A stretch of 56,765 nt of DNA, taken from the NCBI GenBank assembly GCA_002773695.1, contig PFAJ01000006.1:1-56765 (forward strand). The letters are read 5' to 3'. The stretch comes from Candidatus Doudnabacteria bacterium CG10_big_fil_rev_8_21_14_0_10_41_10. GTDB lineage: Bacteria > Patescibacteriota > Doudnabacteria > UBA920 > 2-01-FULL-50-11. This document shows positions 1 to 9,455 of this stretch, one piece after another (positions within the stretch are counted from its first letter, which is position 1; each line of letters opens with the position of its first letter). The notes beneath the pieces are model-generated. The model saw only the letters and a program-made list of their open reading frames with translations, was not told the DNA's origin and ran no database searches. Made by a program: the position numbers and the translations under genes.

Positions 1-195
1 CGAAGTCTTACAAGAACAATTAAGTAGTGCGCTAAATTCCTGAGTACAAATTGTGACCAAAAGCCATGCCACGAGGTCATTTAAACTCCCCCTCCATCGG
101 AGATCGTCGTCGGTTCTTACATCGAAATGCAGGACCGAGACAAACCCCTTCCCCTGGGAATGACGCACAAAGATATCAACCCTCTTTCTTCGCAT
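1..195 (-). CDS. Hypothetical protein, 5' part only (runs off window start)
   Basis: Manual translation from ATG at 195: MRRKRVDIFVRHSQGKGFVSVLHFDVRT..., open to position 1; AAGGAGG Shine-Dalgarno at 201-207. Confidence 0.55.
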   Translation of the reverse strand, partial: MRRKRVDIFVRHSQGKGFVSVLHFDVRTDDDLRWRGSLNDLVAWLLVTICTQEFSALLNCSCKTS

Positions 196-321
196 CACAG
201 CCTCCTTTGCTGAAACAATATATTATAAATTTTTATACTGTTTGTCAACCATATAGCCCACGGGTGTCAAAAACCGACAGCTAGCGCGATTGCGCAGACT
301 GCCGGTATTTTTTTCTGAATT

Positions 322-362
322 CTGGATCCCGGATATCCTCCTCAAGCGGATTCCGGGATGAC
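322..362. repeat. Palindromic element, right half (CTGGATCCCGGAT...TTCCGGGATGAC)
   Basis: Same termini as 1449-1504; forms a hairpin. Confidence 0.7.
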
Positions 363-420
363 ATGAGTATAAACGGCTCACTTGAGCCGTTTGTATTTTT
401 TGTAATATATTCAATAAATC

Positions 421-1398
421 TCAATTGCCGTGATAGCTGGTTTTGTCTTTGTCATTCATCCAGCCGCGGTAGTCATTTAAAATTTCCTTACGAACGAATT
501 TTGGACGATTTTTTACTTCCTCAAAAATCCTGGCAATGTATTCACCGATTATCGAAAGAGACAAAAGTTGGACCGAGCCTAAAAACAAAATCGCAACCAG
601 AGTCGTCATAAATCCGCGCGGGGCCGGGACAAAAAAATTCAAAATCACATAAAATATAATTGCGGCGGCAGACAACCCGGTAATAAACATCGCAAAAAAT
701 GAAATCATTTCAAGCGGTTTATAGGAAAAAGAAAATATCCCAAGCTTCGCCCAGTAAACGTTGCCCATAAAAGACAGGTTAGTTTCGCCTGAAAATCGCT
801 CTAAGCGCTTGTAAGGGATTCCTATTGTCTTGTAGCCGGTGTATGCCCTCATCCCCCGAATAAACCGGCCCTGCTCCGGCATAGCGTTTAGAGCGTTGAT
901 AACCTTACGGTCAGAAATCGCAAAGTCGGACGCATCTAGCGGCATTTTGACAACGGAAAGCGCCGCAAAAATTCGGTAGAAAATTTTATAAAAAATCCGG
1001 CGCACCAAACTTCCCTCGCGAGCGGTACGAGCGCCATAGACAATATCGTAGCCTTCCAGCCATTTTTTTACCAAATCCGGAAACATTTCCGGCGGATCTT
1101 GGATATCTCCATCCAAAGTAATCGCCGCGTCACCGGTGCAATAGGAAAGGCCGGAGGTGTAGGCGTTCTGGCCGCCAAAATTCCGCGGATGAGTGATAAC
1201 AACCAAGCGCTTGTCTTTTTCGGCAATTTCTTTTAACCGGTCGTACGCATCATCGGGACTAGCATCGTTTACATAAACCAGCTCCCAGTTGGGAGTTATT
1301 TTTTCCATCTGCTCGGTAACGCGACGGTACATTTCTTTTACCGACCCACCGTCGTTGTAGCAGATGACTACGACTGAAATTTTTTTATCTGTAAGCAT
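421..1398 (-). CDS. GT2 polyprenol-phosphate glycosyltransferase (GtrB/ArnC-like)
   Basis: SVVVICYN, VNDAS, LDGDIQDPPE motifs; two C-terminal TM helices; GEYIARIFEEVKNRP tail. Confidence 0.9.
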   Translation of the reverse strand: MLTDKKISVVVICYNDGGSVKEMYRRVTEQMEKITPNWELVYVNDASPDDAYDRLKEIAEKDKRLVVITHPRNFGGQNAYTSGLSYCTGDAAITLDGDIQDPPEMFPDLVKKWLEGYDIVYGARTAREGSLVRRIFYKIFYRIFAALSVVKMPLDASDFAISDRKVINALNAMPEQGRFIRGMRAYTGYKTIGIPYKRLERFSGETNLSFMGNVYWAKLGIFSFSYKPLEMISFFAMFITGLSAAAIIFYVILNFFVPAPRGFMTTLVAILFLGSVQLLSLSIIGEYIARIFEEVKNRPKFVRKEILNDYRGWMNDKDKTSYHGN

Positions 1399-1404
1399 AT
1401 TCTT

Positions 1405-1520
1405 GTCATCCTGAACTTAATTCAGGATCCAGACTAATTTTTCAAAAACTGGATCCCGGATTACCCTCGTCCGTCTTAGGCGGACTCGTAGCTTCCGGGA
1501 TGACCCGCCGCGGCGGGTCA
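1405..1520. repeat. Composite palindromic element (GTCATCCTGAAC...GGATCC...CCGGGATGAC) with internal TCCGTCTTAGGCGGA hairpin
   Basis: Nested inverted repeats visible; terminal TGACCCGC-CGCG-GCGGGTCA hairpin overlaps the stop codon at 1518. Confidence 0.75.
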
Positions 1521-3347
1521 ATTTATCTCTGCTGATTTATCTTTCCCTTCTTCGTCCAAGGGCTTTATAATCATATTCTTATAAAACTCATCCCTTGGTA
1601 ACAATGGTACCATATCTTCTATTGGTTTTGAAATATAGCGCTGCCCATCTTCTGATTTTACCGCGACTAGTTTTGGTATCAATTTCTGAGCAGTATCTAA
1701 TATCACATCGACTAGTACCGGGCCTTTTGTGTTCAAAACTTTATCCAATTTCTCCGGCAATTCGTCGTGGCTTCGAATTGTTTCAGTTTTAATGCCGTAC
1801 GCCTCCGCCACTTTTATAAAATCCGGCATACTGTACCCGGTTTCCGGAACAGTCCCTTCATAACGTCCCTCGAAATAAACTTCTTGGAATTGTTTAATTA
1901 TCCCATATGAATGATTATTTAAAATAAATATTTTTATCGGCAAACCGTAATGTTTGATGGTTTGGAGTTCTTGAATGTTCATCTGGAACCCTCCGTCACC
2001 ATCGATACAATAAATATTTTTATCTAAAGCGGCAAACGACGCGCCAATTGCGGCAGGGAGCGCGTATCCCATCGGAGAGTTGCCAAAAGCCGAAAATAGC
2101 ATTTGGTCTTTTTTTGTCTGGAACGCCTGAATCGTCCATGTTAAATTTCCTCCCTGGTCAGAAACCACGATATCGCCTTCTTTTAGTCTGTCAGATAAGG
2201 CCTTTATAAAAACGTATGAATTCACAGAACCACTTTGTTCACTATACTCTGGCAATACCGCAGGGTATTTTTTCTTCCAGTCAATTGTTTTTTTCACCCA
2301 CGAACCAAAATCAGGCGTGGCTTTTGAAGTAAAATTTTGATTAAGCGCGATTAAATAATCTTTCACGTTTGCCTCAACCGATAAATCGGCAACCACCCAA
2401 TTTTTATTTAGCTCTCCCGCATCAATATCACAAACGATTTTATAGGCTTCCCGAGCAAAAGTCTTTGGCTGTCCGCCGGTTTGGCGAGTATCAAGCCGCG
2501 ACCCAAGAGAAATAACAAGATCAGCGTTTTGAACGGCGAAATTGGCCGCTCGGCTTCCATAGACACCATACTGTCCGACAAGTAACGGATGTTCAAACGG
2601 TAAAATATCAATACCGCTCCAAGTGGACACAATCGGCGCTTTTAACTTTTCAATAAATTCGAAAAAATCTTTTTTCGCCCGTCCCAACTTGATTCCAGCG
2701 CCCACGATCATTACCGGTCGTTTGGCTTTTTTTATCGCTTCAAAAGTTTTCTTTATAACTTCTTTTTCAACAGTCAATTGTTTTTCACCAAGTTCTTTCG
2801 GGTCAAAACTTTCCAGTTTTTTTGGGTCAATCTCCGCGTGCTGAACATTCATCGGTAAATCTATCCAAGTCGGGCCGGGACGACCAGAGCGTGCCAAGTA
2901 TACTGCTTTATCCAAAAAATATTTTATTTTCTGTGGATCATCTACCATTACTGCAAATTTTGTAATCGGTCGGACAATATCTATAATATCAGTCTCCTGA
3001 AAACCAAACTGTCGGATTTTATGTTTACCTTTGGTTTCCCAAGTATTTACCTGTCCGGTTATAAAAAGCGAAGGAATCGAATCAAAATAAGAACACAATG
3101 TTCCGGTTATAAAATTGGTCGCGCCGGGACCCGAGGTTGCGACTCCAACAGCAAAATTATCCGTAACGCGAGAGTAGCCGTCCATAGCCATTGCAGCTGC
3201 CTGCTCATGTTGCATACAAATATAATTTATTTGTTTATTTTTCCCGAGCGAATCGACAATATGCGCAGCCGCTCCTCCGGTTACCAAAAATGGGTGCTTT
3301 ACACCCAAATCAGCTATATACTGCGCTAAATAATCTGTCAATTTCAT
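1518..3347 (-). CDS. ThDP-dependent acetolactate-synthase-like enzyme (YerE-like, probably sugar branching)
   Basis: HEQAAAMA, TSGPGATN, GDGGFQMN..E...NN ThDP motif; adjacent to an RfbH-like gene in a glycan cluster. Confidence 0.85.
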   Translation of the reverse strand: MKLTDYLAQYIADLGVKHPFLVTGGAAAHIVDSLGKNKQINYICMQHEQAAAMAMDGYSRVTDNFAVGVATSGPGATNFITGTLCSYFDSIPSLFITGQVNTWETKGKHKIRQFGFQETDIIDIVRPITKFAVMVDDPQKIKYFLDKAVYLARSGRPGPTWIDLPMNVQHAEIDPKKLESFDPKELGEKQLTVEKEVIKKTFEAIKKAKRPVMIVGAGIKLGRAKKDFFEFIEKLKAPIVSTWSGIDILPFEHPLLVGQYGVYGSRAANFAVQNADLVISLGSRLDTRQTGGQPKTFAREAYKIVCDIDAGELNKNWVVADLSVEANVKDYLIALNQNFTSKATPDFGSWVKKTIDWKKKYPAVLPEYSEQSGSVNSYVFIKALSDRLKEGDIVVSDQGGNLTWTIQAFQTKKDQMLFSAFGNSPMGYALPAAIGASFAALDKNIYCIDGDGGFQMNIQELQTIKHYGLPIKIFILNNHSYGIIKQFQEVYFEGRYEGTVPETGYSMPDFIKVAEAYGIKTETIRSHDELPEKLDKVLNTKGPVLVDVILDTAQKLIPKLVAVKSEDGQRYISKPIEDMVPLLPRDEFYKNMIIKPLDEEGKDKSAEIN

Positions 3348-3428
3348 ATACCTATAAAATTTACTCTTTTTAAGACTTACGGGATTGAGCCAAGTTCAGA
3401 AACCCTCCCCCACAAAAGGGAAAAGAAT

Positions 3429-4718
3429 TTATTCTAACCGCATTATATTAATTACTCGATCAAACGATTGGTTGACTTCCTCACGCATCTTCTCTACCGC
3501 TTTTATGTTGGCCAATCGCAAATATTCTTCAAATTTTTCAATAACATAATCCACCATTTCGTCGCTCATTCCGTGATGACACCCGATAAGAAAACTATTC
3601 TTCATTATGTAATCAGAATTTTTTAAATCCCCAATCACTCTGCGATCGATATTTTTATAAGCTTTGTGTTTCAAAATATTCCCGGAAAATAACGGCCTAG
3701 TCTGAATTTTACTGTCTTCCAAATGTTTGACTAAGTCTTTTTTTATAACTGAGGAGTTTTCTTTGACAGTCAAAGGGAAAGCCAGCAAATAAACTTCTGC
3801 TTCGGGGTGCAATTCCGGAGTAATAAAATGATTTTTATGCTGAACAAAGAAATCTTGCAACCGCTGGATATTTTTTCTCCTTGTGAGATTGAAGCTTGGA
3901 AGTTTTTTAAGTTGCTCCAATCCGAACGCCGCCTGGATTTCTACCCCTTTAAAATTATGTGTTTGTTTAACATATGTAAATTTGCTATCAAACTCTACAT
4001 CGTCAACTTTTTCTGAAAATCGTCGCTCCAAATCTTCGTCATTTGATTCCGGCAACGCGCTTCCCCAATTGGTTAACATTCGAGCTTCTTTGATTTGCTC
4101 CAAATCATCAACCATTACCATACCCCCGCCGCCAGCCGCGGTCATGTTGTGCGCGGCATAAAAACTGGTGGTAACAATATCTGAAAATTCCCCTGTTGGC
4201 CTGCCTGCAAATCGGCAGCCGATCGTATCGCACGCGTCTTCTATTAAAATTAAATTATAGCGGTCACAAATCTGACGCAAACGTCGCATGTCGTTTACAT
4301 TCCCAATGGCATGCGAGATAAAAATTGCCTTGGTCTTATCTGATATCGCTTGCTCAATTTGACTGACATCAATGTTGTATGTCCCAATTTTCGAGTCAAC
4401 AAAAACCGGAACAAATCCTTTTTGCACTATTGGAGATAAAGTTGCGGGAAAAGTGCAGGCTTGGGTTATAACTTCAGAGCCTTTGGGAAGATTTGCGATA
4501 TCGAGTGCCAAAAAATTGGCGCTGGTTCCGGAGTTTACAAACAACCCATAATGCTTGCCAAACATCGCAGATACTTTTTTCTCGAATTCTTCGGTGTATT
4601 TAGCGGGACCCAGCCAGCCCTCACGCAAAGCGTTCGATACCGCGGTAATTTCTTCCTCGCCAAAAACGGCTCTCGCAAAGTAAACCCTGTCTATTCCCTT
4701 TCGAAATGGGTTATTCAT
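3429..4718 (-). CDS. DegT/DnrJ family, RfbH/DdhC-like NDP-4-keto-6-deoxysugar 3-dehydratase
   Basis: NSGTSAN, IEDACD, SFYAAHN (His in place of the Schiff-base Lys), TRPLFSGN motifs. Confidence 0.8.
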   Translation of the reverse strand: MNNPFRKGIDRVYFARAVFGEEEITAVSNALREGWLGPAKYTEEFEKKVSAMFGKHYGLFVNSGTSANFLALDIANLPKGSEVITQACTFPATLSPIVQKGFVPVFVDSKIGTYNIDVSQIEQAISDKTKAIFISHAIGNVNDMRRLRQICDRYNLILIEDACDTIGCRFAGRPTGEFSDIVTTSFYAAHNMTAAGGGGMVMVDDLEQIKEARMLTNWGSALPESNDEDLERRFSEKVDDVEFDSKFTYVKQTHNFKGVEIQAAFGLEQLKKLPSFNLTRRKNIQRLQDFFVQHKNHFITPELHPEAEVYLLAFPLTVKENSSVIKKDLVKHLEDSKIQTRPLFSGNILKHKAYKNIDRRVIGDLKNSDYIMKNSFLIGCHHGMSDEMVDYVIEKFEEYLRLANIKAVEKMREEVNQSFDRVINIMRLE

Positions 4719-4769
4719 GAGATTTTATAAACTTACGTCTATTCATATTAACATGGAAATCTAAAGAGT

Positions 4770-5510
4770 TCAATCCTGATCTTTCTTCAAAAAACCGGTA
4801 GAAAAAGTAAACAAACGGTCTGGCAACAGAAGTGATAGTCGGAATAAAAACGTCGACAGGAAAGGAAAGAAAAATGTTCCCGACTTCTTTTGAAAAACCG
4901 AGATTATAAAATCAGCCGCTTCCCCTGCCGGGCGGATCAAAAACGATTTTGACCCGGCCCATAACCGAGTCCGAATCGGACCGAAATGCACTGTGTTAAA
5001 ATTTATCCCTTTGTTTGGATATTTGAGTCGCAAGCCACGAAAGGCCATAGACAACGCCGCTTTGCTAGCGGGATAGGCAACACTTTTTAGTCCGGGTCGA
5101 TAGGCAGATGTCGAAGATATCGCAATTATGCTTCCGGATTTACGAGTAAAAAAATTCGGTAGAAATTCTGAAACCCAAAACATCGCCCCTGTTACATTTA
5201 AATCAAACGTCTTTTCAAAAGCGTATAAATCCAGTCCGGCTTTGGTATCCTCGATATGATCTCCGGCGTTAAGAATAATAATATCCGGAATAAAATTTTC
5301 ATCCCGGAGTTTCTTTACGGTAGCAGCCATATCGCTTTTATCTAACAAATCGCACTCCGATACTTTTAATTTACCTCCAACTTCTTGTTTCAGTTTTTCG
5401 AGCAATTCTATACGGCGCGCGATTCCCCATACCTCGTGCCCTTGTCCAACCAGTTTCTTTGTAAGCTCTCTCCCGATACCGGAAGAAACCCCGGTTATAA
5501 ATATTTTCAT
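4770..5510 (-). CDS. SDR family oxidoreductase
   Basis: TGVSSGIG, NAG and YPASK catalytic motifs. Confidence 0.9.
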   Translation of the reverse strand: MKIFITGVSSGIGRELTKKLVGQGHEVWGIARRIELLEKLKQEVGGKLKVSECDLLDKSDMAATVKKLRDENFIPDIIILNAGDHIEDTKAGLDLYAFEKTFDLNVTGAMFWVSEFLPNFFTRKSGSIIAISSTSAYRPGLKSVAYPASKAALSMAFRGLRLKYPNKGINFNTVHFGPIRTRLWAGSKSFLIRPAGEAADFIISVFQKKSGTFFFPFLSTFLFRLSLLLPDRLFTFSTGFLKKDQD

Positions 5511-6838
5511 TTAGTTAAATTTCTCTGATTCAATAAATATAAAATTCCGAAGCTGAAAAACATTATGTAGAAAGGATAAATAGGCAAAGCGTATCTTGGG
5601 ATGCCATGGAGCGCTGAATAAACCGCGATCATATATACCAATATCGTGTAAATCGGAATCAACTCCCTCCAACTTCTCCTCGACTGTATAATAGCGTAAA
5701 TAACGATTCCAAAAAATACCCAGTAAGCTAGCCTGACCCCTAAAATAATTAGCGCTTTAACCGCTTCTGGCAAGTTTTGATATTTTGAAGGGTCTGAAAA
5801 CAACCCTTGAACACTGTTAAACGGAAAAATAGGTGCATGCATTTTTAAAAATTCTATTGGGGGGACCACTAGCAAGTATCGCAACGGAGCGTCTTTGATT
5901 TCATTCATTGCTATCCTTCCAACCTCGTCATTTATTTCCTGTTGGCTCAACCCAAAATTATCAAGCTCTGTTAGTTTTTGACCATAATCTCCTTCCTCTA
6001 TTTCAAATCGATTGTATTCACCAAACATTTTCTGTGCAAAATAGTCACCCAGGATGTTTGCGACAAATACTTTCGGTAGATCAGAATCTTTTATCCGCAA
6101 TCTTTGCACCGCGAAAAATATTGTGGGGCCGGACTGAGTTGAAATAGCAAATTCGTCAAAATGTTTTTTGTTTCTAATCATCCATGGCGCGACAACCGCT
6201 CCAAACACTAAAATAAATACCAATCCTCCCAATAAACTTTGTTTCAGTTTTTTTCTGCCAACAACCAAAATGACGACTATCAAAAAAATCGGTAAGTACA
6301 AAGTCACCGAACGAGTTAGCGTTGCCATGCCAAGAATTAATCCGGCTATGCCATACATCCACAATTTATCTGTTTTCAAACTTGAAACCAATAAGTGAAC
6401 AAAACCCAACAATAACAAGGTAAACAAAATTTCTGTAAATACCATGCCGGCATGCATAGCGAGCGGATAATAAAGCGCTACGATTATCGCTGTCAGACGA
6501 GCTAACAATTCTTTTTGAAATATAGCCTTTGCTAGAAAATAAGAAACCAAACAAATCCCAACAAAAAGTAAAATTTGGATTGTGTAAACAACATTTACAT
6601 TGGGCCCGAAGATAGTATAGATTGCGGCTAAAAAAAATGGATATCCAGGGTCACGACGGGAATTTAACTGGCCATTGTCGGAAAAAGTTCTGTCTTCCAC
6701 TAAAGAATTTGCTAAGTTGCTGTAATGGAGCCCGTCACCTAATAATTCTTGGTCCCAAAAGAATAACGAAAAAAAACCGGCCACTAAAAATGCGATAACA
6801 ATTAAAACTATTAAATAATTTTTTTGAGATAACGGCAT
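5507..6838 (-). CDS. GT-C fold membrane glycosyltransferase (ArnT/PMT-like)
   Basis: About 11 TM segments; GD..Y, R.PGYP, TE, L..PW..RN and PRY..P motifs. Confidence 0.8.
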   Translation of the reverse strand: MPLSQKNYLIVLIVIAFLVAGFFSLFFWDQELLGDGLHYSNLANSLVEDRTFSDNGQLNSRRDPGYPFFLAAIYTIFGPNVNVVYTIQILLFVGICLVSYFLAKAIFQKELLARLTAIIVALYYPLAMHAGMVFTEILFTLLLLGFVHLLVSSLKTDKLWMYGIAGLILGMATLTRSVTLYLPIFLIVVILVVGRKKLKQSLLGGLVFILVFGAVVAPWMIRNKKHFDEFAISTQSGPTIFFAVQRLRIKDSDLPKVFVANILGDYFAQKMFGEYNRFEIEEGDYGQKLTELDNFGLSQQEINDEVGRIAMNEIKDAPLRYLLVVPPIEFLKMHAPIFPFNSVQGLFSDPSKYQNLPEAVKALIILGVRLAYWVFFGIVIYAIIQSRRSWRELIPIYTILVYMIAVYSALHGIPRYALPIYPFYIMFFSFGILYLLNQRNLTK

Positions 6839-6850
6839 AACTTACTCAAA

Positions 6851-7591
6851 TCAAACTTTCTTGGCGACAACCACAATATTAGCGCCCAATCGACGAAGAA
6901 TTGGAATCCTGCTTAAAATTTTATCAATGGCCAAACAGGTTGGATACACAATTGATTTAAAAGGTATATATTTTTGAAAATTAATAACGTCTGGGAAGCC
7001 AAAAAAAGTGTAGGCTAGATAGCCCATATATCGGACATCTACAATCTCCAAATCCTTTCCAACCAGATTCAGCATTTCAGATTTGGAAAAATTTTGGTGA
7101 GTTTCTGAAAAATGTTCGCTTTTTTTTCTCATCATCTCGCGAGGGATAGAAGTAACTATATTTTTTAAGGTATCCGCAAAAATAACTTTGCCGCCAGGCT
7201 TTAACACTCTAGCGACCTCTTTGACCGCCACCTCTGGATTCTGCAGGTGGTGCAAGAGACTACGGCAAAAAATAGTATCGAAGTGGCTATTATTAAATGG
7301 GAGAGACTCCGCGCTACCTTGATGAACCTCGGTTAGCCTTTTGGTTGCGTATTTTAACATCTTTTCTGACAAATCTAATCCAATAATTTTTTTATCTCTC
7401 AAAACCTCACCCAAATGACCACTGCCACAACCATTGTCTAAAATCAACCCTTCTGGCTTAACTAAATTCACTAGCTGTTTAAAAAACCAAAGTTGATAAC
7501 GACGAGAGTACGGCAAAGTAAACCTTACCCCTTCGTAAAAATCAGAAACGAAGTCTTGGATCTCTTGTTCTTTTGCTAATCTACTGTCCAT
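6851..7591 (-). CDS. Class I SAM-dependent methyltransferase
   Basis: LDNGCGSG, LPF, RVLKPGG motifs. Confidence 0.9.
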   Translation of the reverse strand: MDSRLAKEQEIQDFVSDFYEGVRFTLPYSRRYQLWFFKQLVNLVKPEGLILDNGCGSGHLGEVLRDKKIIGLDLSEKMLKYATKRLTEVHQGSAESLPFNNSHFDTIFCRSLLHHLQNPEVAVKEVARVLKPGGKVIFADTLKNIVTSIPREMMRKKSEHFSETHQNFSKSEMLNLVGKDLEIVDVRYMGYLAYTFFGFPDVINFQKYIPFKSIVYPTCLAIDKILSRIPILRRLGANIVVVAKKV

Positions 7592-8565
7592 TATTTAGAA
7601 AATTTTAATATCGCCGCCGAGATAACCGAAAAAATTATCTGCATTAATATAGTTAAAATATGCAATGCAACGCTGAGTGCCACTGCCAAATCTAAACCAA
7701 ATCCGAGAGCGCTCAATCCAAACACCCACCCGGCCTCTACCGTGCCAAAATTGCCAATGGTGCCGATTGGGATCAAAGACGCTATTGGCGGAAATGAGGT
7801 AATAAAAACTGCCGGCCAGTAATCAATGAAATATCCTAGCGAATTTAAAAACATTGCGGTAATGCCGTATAAAAGGGCCCAACTAACCATTGACACTAGC
7901 AAGGTCTTTCCAAAAACTTTCCAATCTTTTAAAACTAATAAGGAATCGGATAATTCTCGCCAACGCTGCAATATTTTTTCCGACAGCTCTTGCTTCCGTA
8001 TTAACAGGCGAGTAAAAAATTTAATCACCGAACCAATTTTTTCTGTGGCAAATAACAAGATTATCACCACTAAAAACAAAAAAAATAATACTGCAAAAGC
8101 GCTAACAACAATCGAGTCGAGTTCTTTTATTTTTTCGGGAAAGACAACCACCAGCGAAACAATTAAACTTATCACCACAGCGAAAAAATCCATTATCCTC
8201 GCCAACATTAAAGCAGAAATATTTTTAGAAATATGTGTTTTTCCGTCTTTGTTTATTAAATACACAAAGCTAAATTCCCCACTACGGAACGGTAAAATAC
8301 CACTTAGAAAAAAATGAATAAATCCGACATTAACAAGTCGAAAAAGCCCTACTGAACGCAAACCTAGCAACTGATATCGATAAGCGCGAAGTATAGTGCT
8401 TACTAAATACAACCCAATAACTGGTAAAAGCCAGACAAGGTTTATATTGTTGAAAAAATCCCTAAATGAAATGGTAGGAAACTGAATTACAACTAAATAA
8501 ACAAGCAGGGCGGTAATCCCCGCTGAAACAATCAATTTAAAAATTTTGTGTTTAAAAAAAATCAC
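7591..8565 (-). CDS. Lysylphosphatidylglycerol-synthase TM domain / flippase-like protein
   Basis: Multi-TM; LPFRSGE, R.MD, P.G..G..E motifs; GTG start. Confidence 0.8.
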   Translation of the reverse strand: MIFFKHKIFKLIVSAGITALLVYLVVIQFPTISFRDFFNNINLVWLLPVIGLYLVSTILRAYRYQLLGLRSVGLFRLVNVGFIHFFLSGILPFRSGEFSFVYLINKDGKTHISKNISALMLARIMDFFAVVISLIVSLVVVFPEKIKELDSIVVSAFAVLFFLFLVVIILLFATEKIGSVIKFFTRLLIRKQELSEKILQRWRELSDSLLVLKDWKVFGKTLLVSMVSWALLYGITAMFLNSLGYFIDYWPAVFITSFPPIASLIPIGTIGNFGTVEAGWVFGLSALGFGLDLAVALSVALHILTILMQIIFSVISAAILKFSK

Positions 8566-8574
8566 TTTTGTATA

Positions 8575-9435
8575 CTACTCCGACCCTCGACGGTTAATCA
8601 AATCTGCCAATAAACCCAAAATCGCTACTTGCACAAACCCAATAAATAACATAATTGATTTATCGCCGACATTGTCTATCACAAAAATATCATAAGCCAA
8701 AGACATAATGCTTGCAAAAAAGAAAACACCTGCCAATGGAATGAAAATCTTTAAAGGATTATAAAATAAAATCATCCTCAAAACCAAAGTAAGATAATTG
8801 ATCGCGTCGGAAAAAGGTCGGACTTTAGATTTTCCGGCACGTTTATAATAGTCGATTGGAACATATTTTACACGGTACCCGTCTGATAAAAAAGCGAGAG
8901 TGATATTGCTAGTTAAAGAAAAACCATTCGGTAGCAATCTAAAATATTTTTTTGCCAGATCTTTTTTAAAAACTCGTAAACCTGAATTCAAGTCTGGAAT
9001 TTTATAATCAGCCAAATAATTAGCCAACATATGAATCGGCCATTTTACAAGGCGTTTTAAAAGACTGTGGTGAACAGTTTTTCCGTTACGCGCACCAACC
9101 ACCATATCATGGTGCTCCATATTATCTAAAAGCTCTGGAATTCTGTCGGCAGGATAAGTATTGTCAGCATCAATGATTAAAATATTTTCATAAATAGCTG
9201 ACTTTATCCCGGTTTTAATAGCCGCACCATACCCGCGGTTACTGTTATGGTTTATAATTTTGGCATACGAAAATTGTTTTAGTACCTCTTCGGTTTTATC
9301 AGTCGATCCGTCGTTTACCGTAATTATTTCCCACTGGCCCGGAATATTTTCCAAAACATGTTTAACTTGATCGATTCCTTTGGCTCCTCCTTTTTCTTCA
9401 TTGTAAACCGGGATTACTACCGAAATGTTAGACAT
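8575..9435 (-). CDS. GT2 glycosyltransferase (DPM1-like)
   Basis: VIPVYNE, VNDGSTD, NRGYG, DAD motifs; two C-terminal TM helices. Confidence 0.9.
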   Translation of the reverse strand: MSNISVVIPVYNEEKGGAKGIDQVKHVLENIPGQWEIITVNDGSTDKTEEVLKQFSYAKIINHNSNRGYGAAIKTGIKSAIYENILIIDADNTYPADRIPELLDNMEHHDMVVGARNGKTVHHSLLKRLVKWPIHMLANYLADYKIPDLNSGLRVFKKDLAKKYFRLLPNGFSLTSNITLAFLSDGYRVKYVPIDYYKRAGKSKVRPFSDAINYLTLVLRMILFYNPLKIFIPLAGVFFFASIMSLAYDIFVIDNVGDKSIMLFIGFVQVAILGLLADLINRRGSE

Positions 9436-9455
9436 TTTTTCGTGCTTACTAATAA

